The translations under genes and the position numbers were made by a program. Positions 36,768-45,683 of a stretch of 64,000 bases of DNA are shown here, piece by piece. The notes below the pieces were generated by a model. That model was not told the origin of the DNA, did no database searches, and saw only the letters and a program-made list of their open reading frames with translations. Source of the DNA: Gammaproteobacteria bacterium (GTDB lineage Bacteria > Pseudomonadota > Gammaproteobacteria > VBWC01); contig JAHFRU010000001.1 of the NCBI GenBank assembly GCA_023266115.1, positions 271,905-335,904 on the forward strand, written 5' to 3'. Numbering within the stretch: the stretch's first letter is position 1; each line of letters opens with the position of its first letter.

Positions 36768-37445
36768 ATGAGACCCTGGGAATTGCTCGATACCGCGCCC
36801 GTGCCCGGCGAAGGCGTTGAGTTGCGGCTGTACCGGCGCGGTGATGAGTTCGCGATTAATATTGCCGGCCGTGGCGAACTGATGAACAGCCGGGTCCATG
36901 GCTCCGAGGATGCGTTGGCCGAGCAGACCTGCGCCAGGCTGAAGGGTTGCGTGAATCCGCGCTTGCTGATCGGCGGGCTGGGCATGGGGTTTACGCTGGC
37001 GGCGGCGCTGCGGCACGTCGGTGATCAGGCGCAGGTAGTCGTGGCGGAACTGGTGCCGGCCGTGGTGACGTGGAACCGGGGGCCGTTGGGGGAGTGTGCC
37101 GGCCATCCGTTGCTGGACTCGCGCGTGACGGTGCACGAGGGCGATGTCGCCCGCGTGATCAAGGGCGGGCAGCAGATCTATGATGCGATTTTACTGGACG
37201 TGGATAACGGCCCCGAGGGCCTCACGCGCACGGAAAACGACTGGCTGTATAACTTCAGCGGCTTGAGCGCGGCCTGCGCGGCGCTGCGCCCCGGGGGTGT
37301 GCTGGCCGTGTGGTCGGCTGGTCCCGACCGGGATTTTGTGGAACGGCTGCGCAAGGTGGGGTTCGACGTCGATGAGATACGCGTGCGTGCGCATGGCGGT
37401 AAGGGCGCGCGGCACGTTATCTGGTTCGCCAGGCGTGGGGGTTAA
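36768..37445 (+). CDS. Spermidine-synthase-like class I SAM-dependent methyltransferase fold protein
   Basis: Motifs are LLIGGLGMGFTLAAAL, AILLDVDNGP and GVLAVWSAGPD. The ATG at 36768 (MRPWELL) is the preferred start. Confidence 0.7.
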   Translation: MRPWELLDTAPVPGEGVELRLYRRGDEFAINIAGRGELMNSRVHGSEDALAEQTCARLKGCVNPRLLIGGLGMGFTLAAALRHVGDQAQVVVAELVPAVVTWNRGPLGECAGHPLLDSRVTVHEGDVARVIKGGQQIYDAILLDVDNGPEGLTRTENDWLYNFSGLSAACAALRPGGVLAVWSAGPDRDFVERLRKVGFDVDEIRVRAHGGKGARHVIWFARRGG

Positions 37446-37594
37446 GGAAGCTCTGATTAATCATTTTGTTGTCATTCCCGTACCCTCCGGGCATAAACTT
37501 CGCGGGAATCCAGTAACACCCTGTTTCGAAAGCTCTGGATTCCGGGTCTCCGCTACGCTCCGCCCGGAATGACGACACATCAGAGCTTCCTTAA
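37442..37594. mobile_element. Miniature inverted-repeat element, family 1, second copy (TIR TTAAGGAAGCTCTGAT / ATCAGAGCTTCCTTAA)
   Basis: It is near-identical to 12822-12974 in reverse orientation and has perfect 16-bp TIRs. Confidence 0.75.
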
Positions 37595-37660
37595 TTTATA
37601 AAACGATCAGCGGTAAGATCAGCGTATTTTTTAACTATCCGGCGGCGAGGAATCGGCAAA

Positions 37661-38029
37661 GTGGCATCGGATAACGACAAGTTGCACAAGGTGGTGGCCG
37701 ACGCGCGGCGCGCCCGTGATAGCCGCGAACAGGATTACCGCGAGCAGGCGCTAAAAATGTACCCGCCGGTTTGCGGGCGCTGCTGCCGCGAGTTTACGCG
37801 CAAGAATCTGCATGAGCTGACCGTGCACCACCGTGATCACAATCACGGCAATAATCCCGCCGATGGCAGTAACTGGGAGTTGTTGTGCATGTACTGCCAT
37901 GACAACGAACACCAGCGGCAGCTGGAGGCGCAACAGGGCAATACCGCCACCGGCAGCGCCAAGGGTGCGACTGCTACGTTTAATCCGTTTGCCGATCTCA
38001 AGGCGAAGCTGGGCAAGAAGCCCCCGTAG
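37661..38029 (+). CDS. yajD: YajD-family HNH nuclease
   Basis: YPPVCGRCCREFTRKNLHELTVHHRDHNHGNNPADGSNWELLCMYCHDNEH carries the HNH/His-Me finger Cys-His cluster of YajD. Confidence 0.85.
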   Translation: MASDNDKLHKVVADARRARDSREQDYREQALKMYPPVCGRCCREFTRKNLHELTVHHRDHNHGNNPADGSNWELLCMYCHDNEHQRQLEAQQGNTATGSAKGATATFNPFADLKAKLGKKPP

Positions 38030-38189
38030 TCTGGAAGCAGGCGCGTAGCGCCGGAATTCGGGTCGTGGTTCGGCATACCCGGATTTCGCCGCGCGTCATC
38101 CAGGCTGCGAGCGAACTGGATGTGGTGCAGGGCGCATACGACTGGTGATATGAATGCCTTCGTATCGGTTTTGGATATGAGCTTGCCAT

Positions 38190-38320
38190 AAGCGTCCCTT
38201 CTCCTCCCGGGAGAAGGACAGGATGAGGGGATCTGATAAAGGGGGTACAGGGATAACGGTATGAATTTACCCCCCTCACCCTGAGCCTCGACCCTCCGGG
38301 TATGAATCCGGGCGGGAGAG
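38190..38320. repeat. REP-like palindromic elements (cccttctcctcccgggagaagg; cccctcaccctg...gggcgggagaggg)
   Basis: The same cccttctcc..gggagaagg hairpin occurs at 12725-12760. Confidence 0.55.
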
Positions 38321-38510
38321 GGACTTCTCAAAAAAGTTTTGTTCGTAGTGCGAGCGAAGCTTCCGAAAAACTTCGCTGTTCACCGTAGCGGCAAAGGGAC
38401 TGACCTCTGTTTTATTTTATCGAGATTCAGTACATTATTGACAGGCGCCGTCTGATGGGACCGCCGTGGTTGATCGAATGATTTTCCGTCAATTATCAGG
38501 AGCAAATATC

Positions 38511-38612
38511 ATGAGCAAAGAACAAAAAAGCAATAAAGAAACGAAGAAGAAACCGGCCATGACGCAAAAAGAAAAGAAGGCGGCGAAGAAGGCCAAGAAG
38601 GCATCCAAGTAG
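38511..38612 (+). CDS. Small lysine-rich protein (33 aa; MSKEQKSNKETKKKPAMTQKEKKAAKKAKKASK)
   Basis: An AGGAGC RBS lies 7 nt upstream of the ATG. A GC hairpin (gcggggcc...gccccgc) follows downstream. The composition is highly basic. Confidence 0.45.
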   Translation: MSKEQKSNKETKKKPAMTQKEKKAAKKAKKASK

Positions 38613-38797
38613 TGAACGAATAGCGGGGCCAGGTGTTGCCCCGCGCTCGCATCTTGTCCACGTCGTGTTATGGCTGAACCACGGCGGAATTAACGGACAG
38701 AACACTTGAAACACCGGGCGACGGTTTGGGGTAACCCTGATCAGGTGTTCTGACCATTTGGTTGCTTAATTCGGGAAACCGGCTATTTCCGCGCGTT

Positions 38798-39046
38798 TCA
38801 GGCGTCGTTGGCCGGCCAGTCGGTGCGTAGATAAAGTGCCTCAACTTCTTGCCGCGCCCATGGTGTCCGGCGCAGGAATTTGAGACTGGACGTAATGCTG
38901 GGATTGCTGGTGAAACACTTAATCTTGATCTGTCGTCCCAGCGCTTCCCAACCGTAGTTTTCCACCAGCCGGGTAACCACCATTTTCAGCGTTACGCCGT
39001 GTAGCGGATCCTGAGCGGTTGACTTACTCTTCTGTTGCGGTGCCAC
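38798..39046 (-). CDS. VF530/DUF2132-family putative DNA-binding protein
   Basis: The conserved core reads DPLHGVTLKMVVTRLVENYGWEALGRQIKIKCFTSNPSITSSLKFLRRTPWARQEVEALY. The start is probably the GTG at 39046. The ORF-track start at 39109 would overlap the upstream RRM gene by 86 nt. Confidence 0.7.
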   Translation of the reverse strand: MAPQQKSKSTAQDPLHGVTLKMVVTRLVENYGWEALGRQIKIKCFTSNPSITSSLKFLRRTPWARQEVEALYLRTDWPANDA

Positions 39047-39305
39047 GGCCGTTGCCCGCTTCCGGTTTCGTTTCGGCCTTTTTAACCCGGATCCTGCTAC
39101 CGGCGACATCTGTCGCGTTGAGATTCTTCATCGCTGCCTTGGCATCGCCCTGTTTGGGCATCTCGACAAAGCCGAAGCCCTTGGAGATGCCTGTCACTTT
39201 GTCTATGATCAGGGTACAGGACTGCACGGCGCCGTAGGGCTCGAACAGGTTGCGGAGTTCGGCCTCGGTGGTGGTCCGGGCGAGGTTGCGTATCAGTAGT
39301 TTCAT
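39024..39305 (-). CDS. RNA-binding protein with RRM (RNP-1/RNP-2) domain
   Basis: RNP-2 is LLIRNL and RNP-1 is KGFGFVEM. The product is 93 aa with a Gly/Arg-rich C-terminus. Confidence 0.85.
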   Translation of the reverse strand: MKLLIRNLARTTTEAELRNLFEPYGAVQSCTLIIDKVTGISKGFGFVEMPKQGDAKAAMKNLNATDVAGSRIRVKKAETKPEAGNGRGTATEE

Positions 39306-39437
39306 GGTATCACCGTGTTAACTTGAAGAGCCGGAAGTATACCGCCTGTGGCGGGTAGCGGAATCGATATTCATTGCCCGGTAACCCCGATGGCCCGATT
39401 ACATCTTACATCCATTAAAGCCGGCAGATTATTCGCT

Positions 39438-39917
39438 ATGAACCTTAAAGTCATCGACAAGGTGGGCATGCCGCATGTCATGGGGTTTATTTTGCATAAA
39501 CTTGCGGCGTACGACCGCTCGTTGATGGAGTGGATCAAGTTATTGCCATTGAATAAAAAAGCGCGGATGCATGGCTGTTGTGCCTATCCTGTCTATTCCA
39601 GGGCCCGGAAGGATGAGCTGGTTAAAGGCTACCGGATACGCGCCAGCGTCAATGTCGAGGTGGCGCCACCGATTGTGTTTCAACACTGGGGCCGCGTGCC
39701 GTCGGTCAGCCATAAGCAGGGCTGGTATTCGGGTGAACAAACCTTTGTGTTTGAGGATCTGGAGGAATGCGCGCTGCATACCCTGGCGCATGAGTGTTTT
39801 CATTTTCTCAGCCACACGCGGCAGTTGACGCACAAGAATACCGAGGCGAACGCCAACTGGTGGGCGGATCAATGGCTGGACGAGTTCAAGAAGACAAAGG
39901 GGTTGGCGCCGGACTAA
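39438..39917 (+). CDS. Hypothetical protein with HExxH motif (HECFH), possible metallopeptidase-like
   Basis: The start at 39438 (MNLKVIDK) is preferred over the ORF-track start at 39348. It has no other recognisable family features and lower GC. Confidence 0.4.
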   Translation: MNLKVIDKVGMPHVMGFILHKLAAYDRSLMEWIKLLPLNKKARMHGCCAYPVYSRARKDELVKGYRIRASVNVEVAPPIVFQHWGRVPSVSHKQGWYSGEQTFVFEDLEECALHTLAHECFHFLSHTRQLTHKNTEANANWWADQWLDEFKKTKGLAPD

Positions 39918-40095
39918 GTGCCGCGGTTATCGGTGCGGGGAATGCCGGATTTCTCGCGCGCTGCTCCCGGCAGGACGCTGCCTCTTCCATCCATGGAGGC
40001 TCGCTTGCGTCGGACAGACGAGGCGCGGATGCGCTTCAGGTAGCCGCCGTTTTTTAACTTGAGTTGCCCCGCTTCATTGCTTCGAGGGTATCGAA

Positions 40096-40374
40096 ATGAA
40101 AGCTACCGCTGAATTACAGGTCATTCCGGTTGGCAGTGGCGCGTCCGTCCGGCAGGAGGTGCTGCGGGTGGTCGAGCTGCTCAAGCATTACGATTTTATT
40201 ATCGAGACCCATGCGGCGGGCACCAATATCGAAGGGGAGCTCGCCGATATCCTTGCCGCGGTCGAGAAAATACACGAGAAGCTGCATCAGCAGGGCAGCG
40301 TGCGTCTGCTGAGTTATCTTAAACTGGAAACCCGCATCGATAAGACGCCGACATTGGCAGGCAAACGCCTTTGA
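40096..40374 (+). CDS. MTH1187/YkoF-family (DUF77) thiamine-binding-like protein
   Basis: MKATAELQVIPVGSGASVRQEVLRVVELLKHYDFIIETHAAGTNIEGE matches the conserved family N-terminus. Confidence 0.8.
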   Translation: MKATAELQVIPVGSGASVRQEVLRVVELLKHYDFIIETHAAGTNIEGELADILAAVEKIHEKLHQQGSVRLLSYLKLETRIDKTPTLAGKRL

Positions 40375-41240
40375 TGGGCAATGCGTCGCAGTACGCCAGC
40401 GCCGACGTGCCTGAGGATGTGGCGACGGGTCCGCTGTTAACCTTGAAAGAACACGTGGCTTTGATCGCGGCCGTACAGGCCGGCGCGCCGCATGTCGAGT
40501 GCTCGCTGGATCTCGGCCGGTCGACGGAGAGCGTTGCGATAGGCGTTGACGGCTGGGTCTGGCAAGGCCGGTTATATCCGTACCTCGATATCTGCAAGGA
40601 CAGAACCATCTACTACCGGGTGGACGGAACGTTTGCGCCGGTATCGCGCTACGCGACGTCGCTGATCAAACTGGTGCCGACCGAGTGGGGACCGCCGACC
40701 TTTGAAATCGACGGCATTAAGATGTTGCCGACCGTGCAGACCTCGCCCTATGACGACGCCCGACGCAAGGTCGCGTTGATTCAACCGCGCGGCAAGGTGA
40801 TTCTGGATACCTGCGGGGGGCTGGGCTATTTCGCCGCGTGGTGCGTGCAGGGTCTGGCCAAACAGGTGCTTTCTTATGAAAAGAATCCCGACGTGATCTG
40901 GTTGCGCAGCTTGAATCCCTGGTCGCCCGGCGCAGATGATGTGTTGAGCCTGACGCGGGGCGACATCGTCGAGCAGATTGCGGCGCTGCCCGGCGGTTCG
41001 GTCGATGCCATCTTGCACGACCCGCCGCGCTTCGGTATCGCGGGCGAACTCTACTCGCAGGTTTTTTATGACCAGCTTGCCCGGGTGATGAAGCGCAAGG
41101 GCAAGCTGTTTCACTACACCGGGACCCCGAACAAATTAACCAGCGGCCGCGACGTACCCAATGAAGTGGTGACACGCTTGCGCCGCGCGGGTTTTGTGGC
41201 GGCGCCGAGCGGTGATGGGCTGTTGGCGGTAAAGCGCTAA
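40371..41240 (+). CDS. Putative class I SAM-dependent methyltransferase
   Basis: A glycine-rich motif (VILDTCGGLGYFA) and an acidic motif (AILHDPPRFG) are present. It is coupled to the upstream gene by an ATGA overlap. Confidence 0.55.
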   Translation: MMGNASQYASADVPEDVATGPLLTLKEHVALIAAVQAGAPHVECSLDLGRSTESVAIGVDGWVWQGRLYPYLDICKDRTIYYRVDGTFAPVSRYATSLIKLVPTEWGPPTFEIDGIKMLPTVQTSPYDDARRKVALIQPRGKVILDTCGGLGYFAAWCVQGLAKQVLSYEKNPDVIWLRSLNPWSPGADDVLSLTRGDIVEQIAALPGGSVDAILHDPPRFGIAGELYSQVFYDQLARVMKRKGKLFHYTGTPNKLTSGRDVPNEVVTRLRRAGFVAAPSGDGLLAVKR

Positions 41241-41550
41241 ACGGTAATCCTGCAAAGGGCACGCGCTCTGGCCCCGTTTCTTCGGAATAAGCCGGAAACA
41301 CGGCGTCAGGCGGCGGCGTGTCAAGAAACCCCCTTATTCTTGACGGAACTAACCCATAACGGCATAGTCTGAATTGGTGTTCGCGGGTCTTGATCACGTC
41401 AACACGGATAAGAAGCGCGGACAATTTGCAGTTTGCCGTATTGTTGTTTGTCGGTTAGTAGCGGAATACCCTCTGTGGTGTCCTCCTGTCATCCTTCCTT
41501 CATGACTCTCACGCAGACTTTTTTGTAATTAGTTCAAGGAATATTTTTTA

Positions 41551-41754
41551 ATGAAGACTGGTATTGTAAAGTGGTTTGACGCTTCAAAAGGCTTTGGTTT
41601 TATTTCTCCCGAAGATGGTGACAAGGATGTGTTTGTACATCACTCCGCTATCACCGGCGATGGATACAAAAGCCTCGATGAAGGTCAGCGGGTATGCTTC
41701 GACGTCCAGAACGGCGCGAAAGGCCTGGCCGCTGCCAATGTTGTCGCCGTCTAA
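41551..41754 (+). CDS. cspA: Cold-shock protein (CspA family)
   Basis: [34 protein letters not shown] carries the RNP motifs of cold-shock domains. A long 5' UTR lies upstream. Confidence 0.95.
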   Translation: MKTGIVKWFDASKGFGFISPEDGDKDVFVHHSAITGDGYKSLDEGQRVCFDVQNGAKGLAAANVVAV

Positions 41755-41785
41755 AGCGCGCCAACATTAGCAAGGTGTAGTACGG

Positions 41786-41815
41786 AACCCCGCCAATGGC
41801 GGGGTTTCTTTTTTG
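41786..41815 (+). terminator. Rho-independent terminator (AACCCCGCCaatgGCGGGGTT followed by TCTTTTTT)
   Basis: An 8-9-bp GC-rich stem with a 4-nt loop and a T-tract lies 30 nt after the cspA stop. Confidence 0.85.
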
Positions 41816-42001
41816 TGAGGTAAAAAAACAAAGAAAAGTCAGCAGGGTTCGATCTCATTTATTATTTTCTGGAAAAAAAAAGGGTTAACGGATTAGTATG
41901 TGTGCCTAACCTGGCTACGTTCCGGCTTTCAATAGCCCCTTGTGTATTTGATCACATTTGCGTGAATCGCTGGATCACAGACCCGCCGGCATTGTCGCGG
42001 T

Positions 42002-42727
42002 GTGTGCGGAGACAATATGGAAAGTATCGTAAGCGGCATCGGCAGCTACCGGGGACTGGCGGTAATCGGTGTTGAATTTGCGCTTGTTGTCATCGCCTTT
42101 CTGGTGTGCGCCGGTGTTGCGCGAATTGTCATTAGTCGGCTAAGCGCAGCCGATCTTCTTGGCCAGGCTCAAGGCAAGGCCAAACATCTTCAGCGCACGG
42201 CGAACTGGCTGTTCTTGCTGCTGGCAATTCTGGCCTGTGTCGCCGTGGCCGTGATCAACGGCTACTATATTTACAAGGGCGAGGATATATACGCGCGCAC
42301 CCGGGAATTTATTGCCAACATCCCTCCCGAATACTGGACCCGTTTAGGGTTAGGCCTCGCAAAAATATCCGGTCTTGCCGTTCTCGCGTGGTTCGTTATC
42401 CGCATGTTGCGACGTGGCCTGTCCCGTTTACGGGACAAGGCTATGGCCTGGGAAAGAATACGAACGAATGAAGAAAGCGTTGCGAAATTCTTTCGTGCCC
42501 TAAATAACATACAAACCAATGGTATCTGGTTGTATATCGTTGCCTTGTCAATCGGCATCCTTGCCCTGCCGGCGACGATAGAAGACACGTTGTATATTGT
42601 CCTGAGGATATACTTGATCGTCGCGATTGGCCTTTTGGTGACCAACGCCGTGGCGGCTATAGTCGATAGCATGGATGCCGTGAGCAGGCGCTACGCGAAA
42701 CCAGGTAACTGGCTGGCCGGAGTATGA
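42002..42727 (+). CDS. Integral membrane protein (multi-TM), possible N-terminal extension module of the adjacent MscS channel
   Basis: It has 5-6 hydrophobic helices. It ends 4 nt before the MscS gene, in a different frame. The start is probably the ATG at 42017. Confidence 0.5.
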   Translation: MCGDNMESIVSGIGSYRGLAVIGVEFALVVIAFLVCAGVARIVISRLSAADLLGQAQGKAKHLQRTANWLFLLLAILACVAVAVINGYYIYKGEDIYARTREFIANIPPEYWTRLGLGLAKISGLAVLAWFVIRMLRRGLSRLRDKAMAWERIRTNEESVAKFFRALNNIQTNGIWLYIVALSIGILALPATIEDTLYIVLRIYLIVAIGLLVTNAVAAIVDSMDAVSRRYAKPGNWLAGV

Positions 42728-42731
42728 ACGC

Positions 42732-43718
42732 ATGCGTGTGCTGGTGCCGACGCTCAGGCGAACGCTCGAATACATCCTGTACGTGATCGCAACCAGTTTG
42801 ATACTGCTGCAACTGGAATTCATCGCGGAACTCGCGAAATACGGGCCGATGATAGTGCAGGCCCTGGGGATCGTGTTTCTGGCGAGAGTGGCGGTGGAAA
42901 TCGCCGATCTGCTGGTCGACAAGACGATGGTGAAAGGCGACGAGCTATCGAGCCTGGAGCGCCAGCGCGAGCAGACGCTTATTCCTATTATTAAAAACCT
43001 GATTAAATACATTTTGTATTTTATTGCCGTTGTTCTGGTCTTGGGGGCAATCAACGTCAATCCCTGGCCATTGCTAGCCGGTGCCGGCATCGTGGGCGTG
43101 GTCGTCGGTTTGGGCGCGCAGCCCCTGATAAACGATATTCTTGCTGGATTCTTTATTCTCTTTGAGAATCTTTTTTTGGTCGATGACTTTATCGAAGCCG
43201 GTCCAGCGCGTGGTGTTGTCGAAGGTATCCAGATGCGTACCACGCGTATTCGTGATCCTGATGGCCAGCTGCATATCCTGCGCAACGGCGAGATCAGGGA
43301 AGTCGTCAATTATTCCAAGGGATTTACCAATGCCGTGGTTGAAGTAGGTGTTGCCTACGACTCGAACCTCTATCATGTTTATACAGTACTCGAAGACGCC
43401 GGGAAGGCCCTCAAAGAAACCAACGCCAGCGTGTTGGCACCTACAGTCGTCGAAGGGCTGGTGAGATTCGGCGAATCGGATCTGGCCATCAGGACCGTTA
43501 CCCGCGTCCGGCCCGGAGCCCATGGGGTCGTCGCACGGTGCAAACTGATAAAAGATGCCTTTGATAAGGAGGGCATTGAAATACCCTATGCGCGCCGCGT
43601 ACTCATAATAAAAAAAGAAGGCGAACCAGGGGGGGGGCGGGCGTCGAATCGTAAGTTCTACACAGCGCCGTCAGAGCCAATATCCCTGCCCTATCGGTAC
43701 GTTTCGTGGATTGGGTGA
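42732..43718 (+). CDS. Mechanosensitive ion channel protein, MscS family
   Basis: Three TM helices include the pore helix GAGIVGVVVGLGAQPLINDILAGFFILFEN. The beta domain reads IRDPDGQLHILRNGEIREVVNYSKG. Confidence 0.85.
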   Translation: MRVLVPTLRRTLEYILYVIATSLILLQLEFIAELAKYGPMIVQALGIVFLARVAVEIADLLVDKTMVKGDELSSLERQREQTLIPIIKNLIKYILYFIAVVLVLGAINVNPWPLLAGAGIVGVVVGLGAQPLINDILAGFFILFENLFLVDDFIEAGPARGVVEGIQMRTTRIRDPDGQLHILRNGEIREVVNYSKGFTNAVVEVGVAYDSNLYHVYTVLEDAGKALKETNASVLAPTVVEGLVRFGESDLAIRTVTRVRPGAHGVVARCKLIKDAFDKEGIEIPYARRVLIIKKEGEPGGGRASNRKFYTAPSEPISLPYRYVSWIG

Positions 43719-43908
43719 TAACCGCCGGCGATTTGTCCGGATTCCCAGACAGGCCGACGCGATGCAGCGGAGAAATTGTGAGAAAAACAGTACCGTCGAT
43801 CGTCGCGCATCCCCGGATTCTGGTGGAGGTTTGATGGATGTCGCTGAATAAATCGCGGCGTGTTTGCTGGTGTTTGCCGTGTCGCGGGTAACGAAATCGC
43901 AGGCTGTT

Positions 43909-45099
43909 ATGACGCAGGGTGTTCATCAGATAATTGTTTTCGTCGCGGTGATGACGGTTATGGTGTTGCTATCTGCGTGCGGGGGTAACAACGATAGCGA
44001 TGCCGCCGCCAGCTCATTTGGCAGTATTTCCGGAACCGTGCTGGCCGCGAGCGGGTCGCCGCAACCTTCGGTGCATGTGCGAGCGATACTCGAAAGCAAT
44101 CCGTTGGTCCAGGTCGGGAGGTTCACCGATGGCGACGGCGGTTACCGGATCGACGGTTTGCTTCCCGGTTCCTACCAGGTAGTGGTTGAGAATATTGATG
44201 GTCGCGGCACGCCGGCGGTAACGCGCAACCGGATCAGTAATGGCGTTACCGAATCGACGCCGCAGTTTCCCGATGAGTACTATTCCGCCGCTGCGGAAAA
44301 CGCCACCGATGATCCGGCGCTATCGACCTCGACTACCGTCACCGCCAACCAGCTGATGGATGGTATCAACTTTACATTGAACGATTCCGGCACGCCGGGG
44401 GGCGTTGTGTTGCCCGGCGCCGAAAGTGTTGCCGCCATTGCGATCGGCGATACCGTCAACGGGACGCTGGGGGAGCAGGGCGATTTCACCGATGATGTTG
44501 GACTGGGCGTCTTCGTCGATTATTTTTCGTTCACCGGGGCCGCAGGCAGGCGCGTGACCGTGAGCCTGGATTCCACGGCCTTTGATGCAGTGCTGATTGT
44601 GTGGGGACCGAACGGATTTAATCCCGTCGATGACGATTCCGGTACCGGCGCCAACGCACTGATGACGTTCGCACTGCCCGAGGTCGGCACGTATATTATC
44701 GGGGTCACCAGTTATGCGAAGGACCAGAAAGGCGCCTATACGCTGTCGTTACAGGCGGCGGCGCCGGATAACACGCCGGTCATCGCGTTCGGTGCCACCA
44801 TCAACGGTGCGCTGGCGACCAGTGACACCGTAACGTCAGGGTTTTTCGAGGATACCTACAGGTTCGATGCGACGGCGGGGACGGCGTATACGCTGTCTTT
44901 ATCGTCGGCCGCGTTTGATTCGTTTCTGATCCTGCTGAGTCCGACCAATCTGTTGACCTTCAATGACGATGCCAATCCGCCGTCGCCGGACGCGCGGCTG
45001 TCGGGAACGTTAGCCGAGACGGGGACCTGGTACGTCATCGTATCGTCGTTAGGGCAGGGAGAAACCGGCTCCTACCAGTTAACACTGACCAGTCCATGA
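43909..45099 (+). CDS. Lipoprotein with carboxypeptidase-regulatory-like domain and two pre-peptidase C-terminal (PPC) domains
   Basis: A lipobox LLSACGG is present. A CarbopepD_reg-like module reads ISGTVLAA...VHVRA...GDGGYRIDGLLPGSYQVVV. Two PPC-like modules follow (DYFSFTGAAGRRVTVSL...GTYIIGVTSY...GAYTLSL; DTYRFDATAGTAYTLSL...GTWYVIVSS...GSYQLTL). Confidence 0.7.
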   Translation: MTQGVHQIIVFVAVMTVMVLLSACGGNNDSDAAASSFGSISGTVLAASGSPQPSVHVRAILESNPLVQVGRFTDGDGGYRIDGLLPGSYQVVVENIDGRGTPAVTRNRISNGVTESTPQFPDEYYSAAAENATDDPALSTSTTVTANQLMDGINFTLNDSGTPGGVVLPGAESVAAIAIGDTVNGTLGEQGDFTDDVGLGVFVDYFSFTGAAGRRVTVSLDSTAFDAVLIVWGPNGFNPVDDDSGTGANALMTFALPEVGTYIIGVTSYAKDQKGAYTLSLQAAAPDNTPVIAFGATINGALATSDTVTSGFFEDTYRFDATAGTAYTLSLSSAAFDSFLILLSPTNLLTFNDDANPPSPDARLSGTLAETGTWYVIVSSLGQGETGSYQLTLTSP

Positions 45100-45683
45100 A
45101 AGTAGACGAGGAAATCAACATGCTTATCCGCATTGGTGTTCTGGCACTATCGATCACGATCAGTACCGTGGCCTGCGCCATGACTCAGGTGAGCTTCACG
45201 ACGGCGGATATGCTCGATAATGCCGAGCACATCGTGCTTGCGCGGTGCAGCCGCGTGAAGTTCGACACCGGCCGGGGCGTGTTTTTGGGCAAGGCGGGTT
45301 ATTTCTATTTTGATATCGAGGAAGTCATCAAGGGCGTGCCGCCGCTGCGGAATAGTGAGTTGGTGCTGCGGCTGGGCGGCGTGACCGCGCCGAACGCCCC
45401 GTTTGTGGCAGGCGAACGGGTGGTGCTGTTTCTCGGCAAAAAAAACCAGGACGGCTATCCGACGCTGTATGGCTCGCAGAATACCGTACTCCGGGTGATC
45501 GAGGCTGCGCGGGAGTTTCCACATCCGGCGCTGCAGGGCCAGCACCAATGGGTCATCAAGAATGGCGTGACCGGCATCGCCGGCGCGCCCGCTGACCCGG
45601 CAGCTGCCAAAGCGATATCGCTTGATGCGTTTCTGACGGAGGCCCGCGCTCGCGTGGCGGCATCCAAGAGGTCTGGTCAGTGA
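45096..45683 (+). CDS. Hypothetical secreted protein
   Basis: It has a signal peptide (MLIRIGVLALSITISTVACA). The start is either the ATGA-overlap ATG at 45096 or the ATG at 45120. There are no recognisable motifs. Confidence 0.55.
   Translation: MKVDEEINMLIRIGVLALSITISTVACAMTQVSFTTADMLDNAEHIVLARCSRVKFDTGRGVFLGKAGYFYFDIEEVIKGVPPLRNSELVLRLGGVTAPNAPFVAGERVVLFLGKKNQDGYPTLYGSQNTVLRVIEAAREFPHPALQGQHQWVIKNGVTGIAGAPADPAAAKAISLDAFLTEARARVAASKRSGQ

Noticed and set aside
12600-38330. CRISPR array
   Set aside because: The dispersed repeats are palindromic MITE/REP-type elements of different lengths. They are scattered across 25 kb with no regular spacing and no spacers. No cas genes are present.
42684-42735. 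Programmed frameshift joining the multi-TM ORF to MscS
   Set aside because: There is no slippery heptamer or stimulatory structure in the overlap. A sequencing error, a gene fission, or two genuine genes are the simpler explanations, and I reported them as such.
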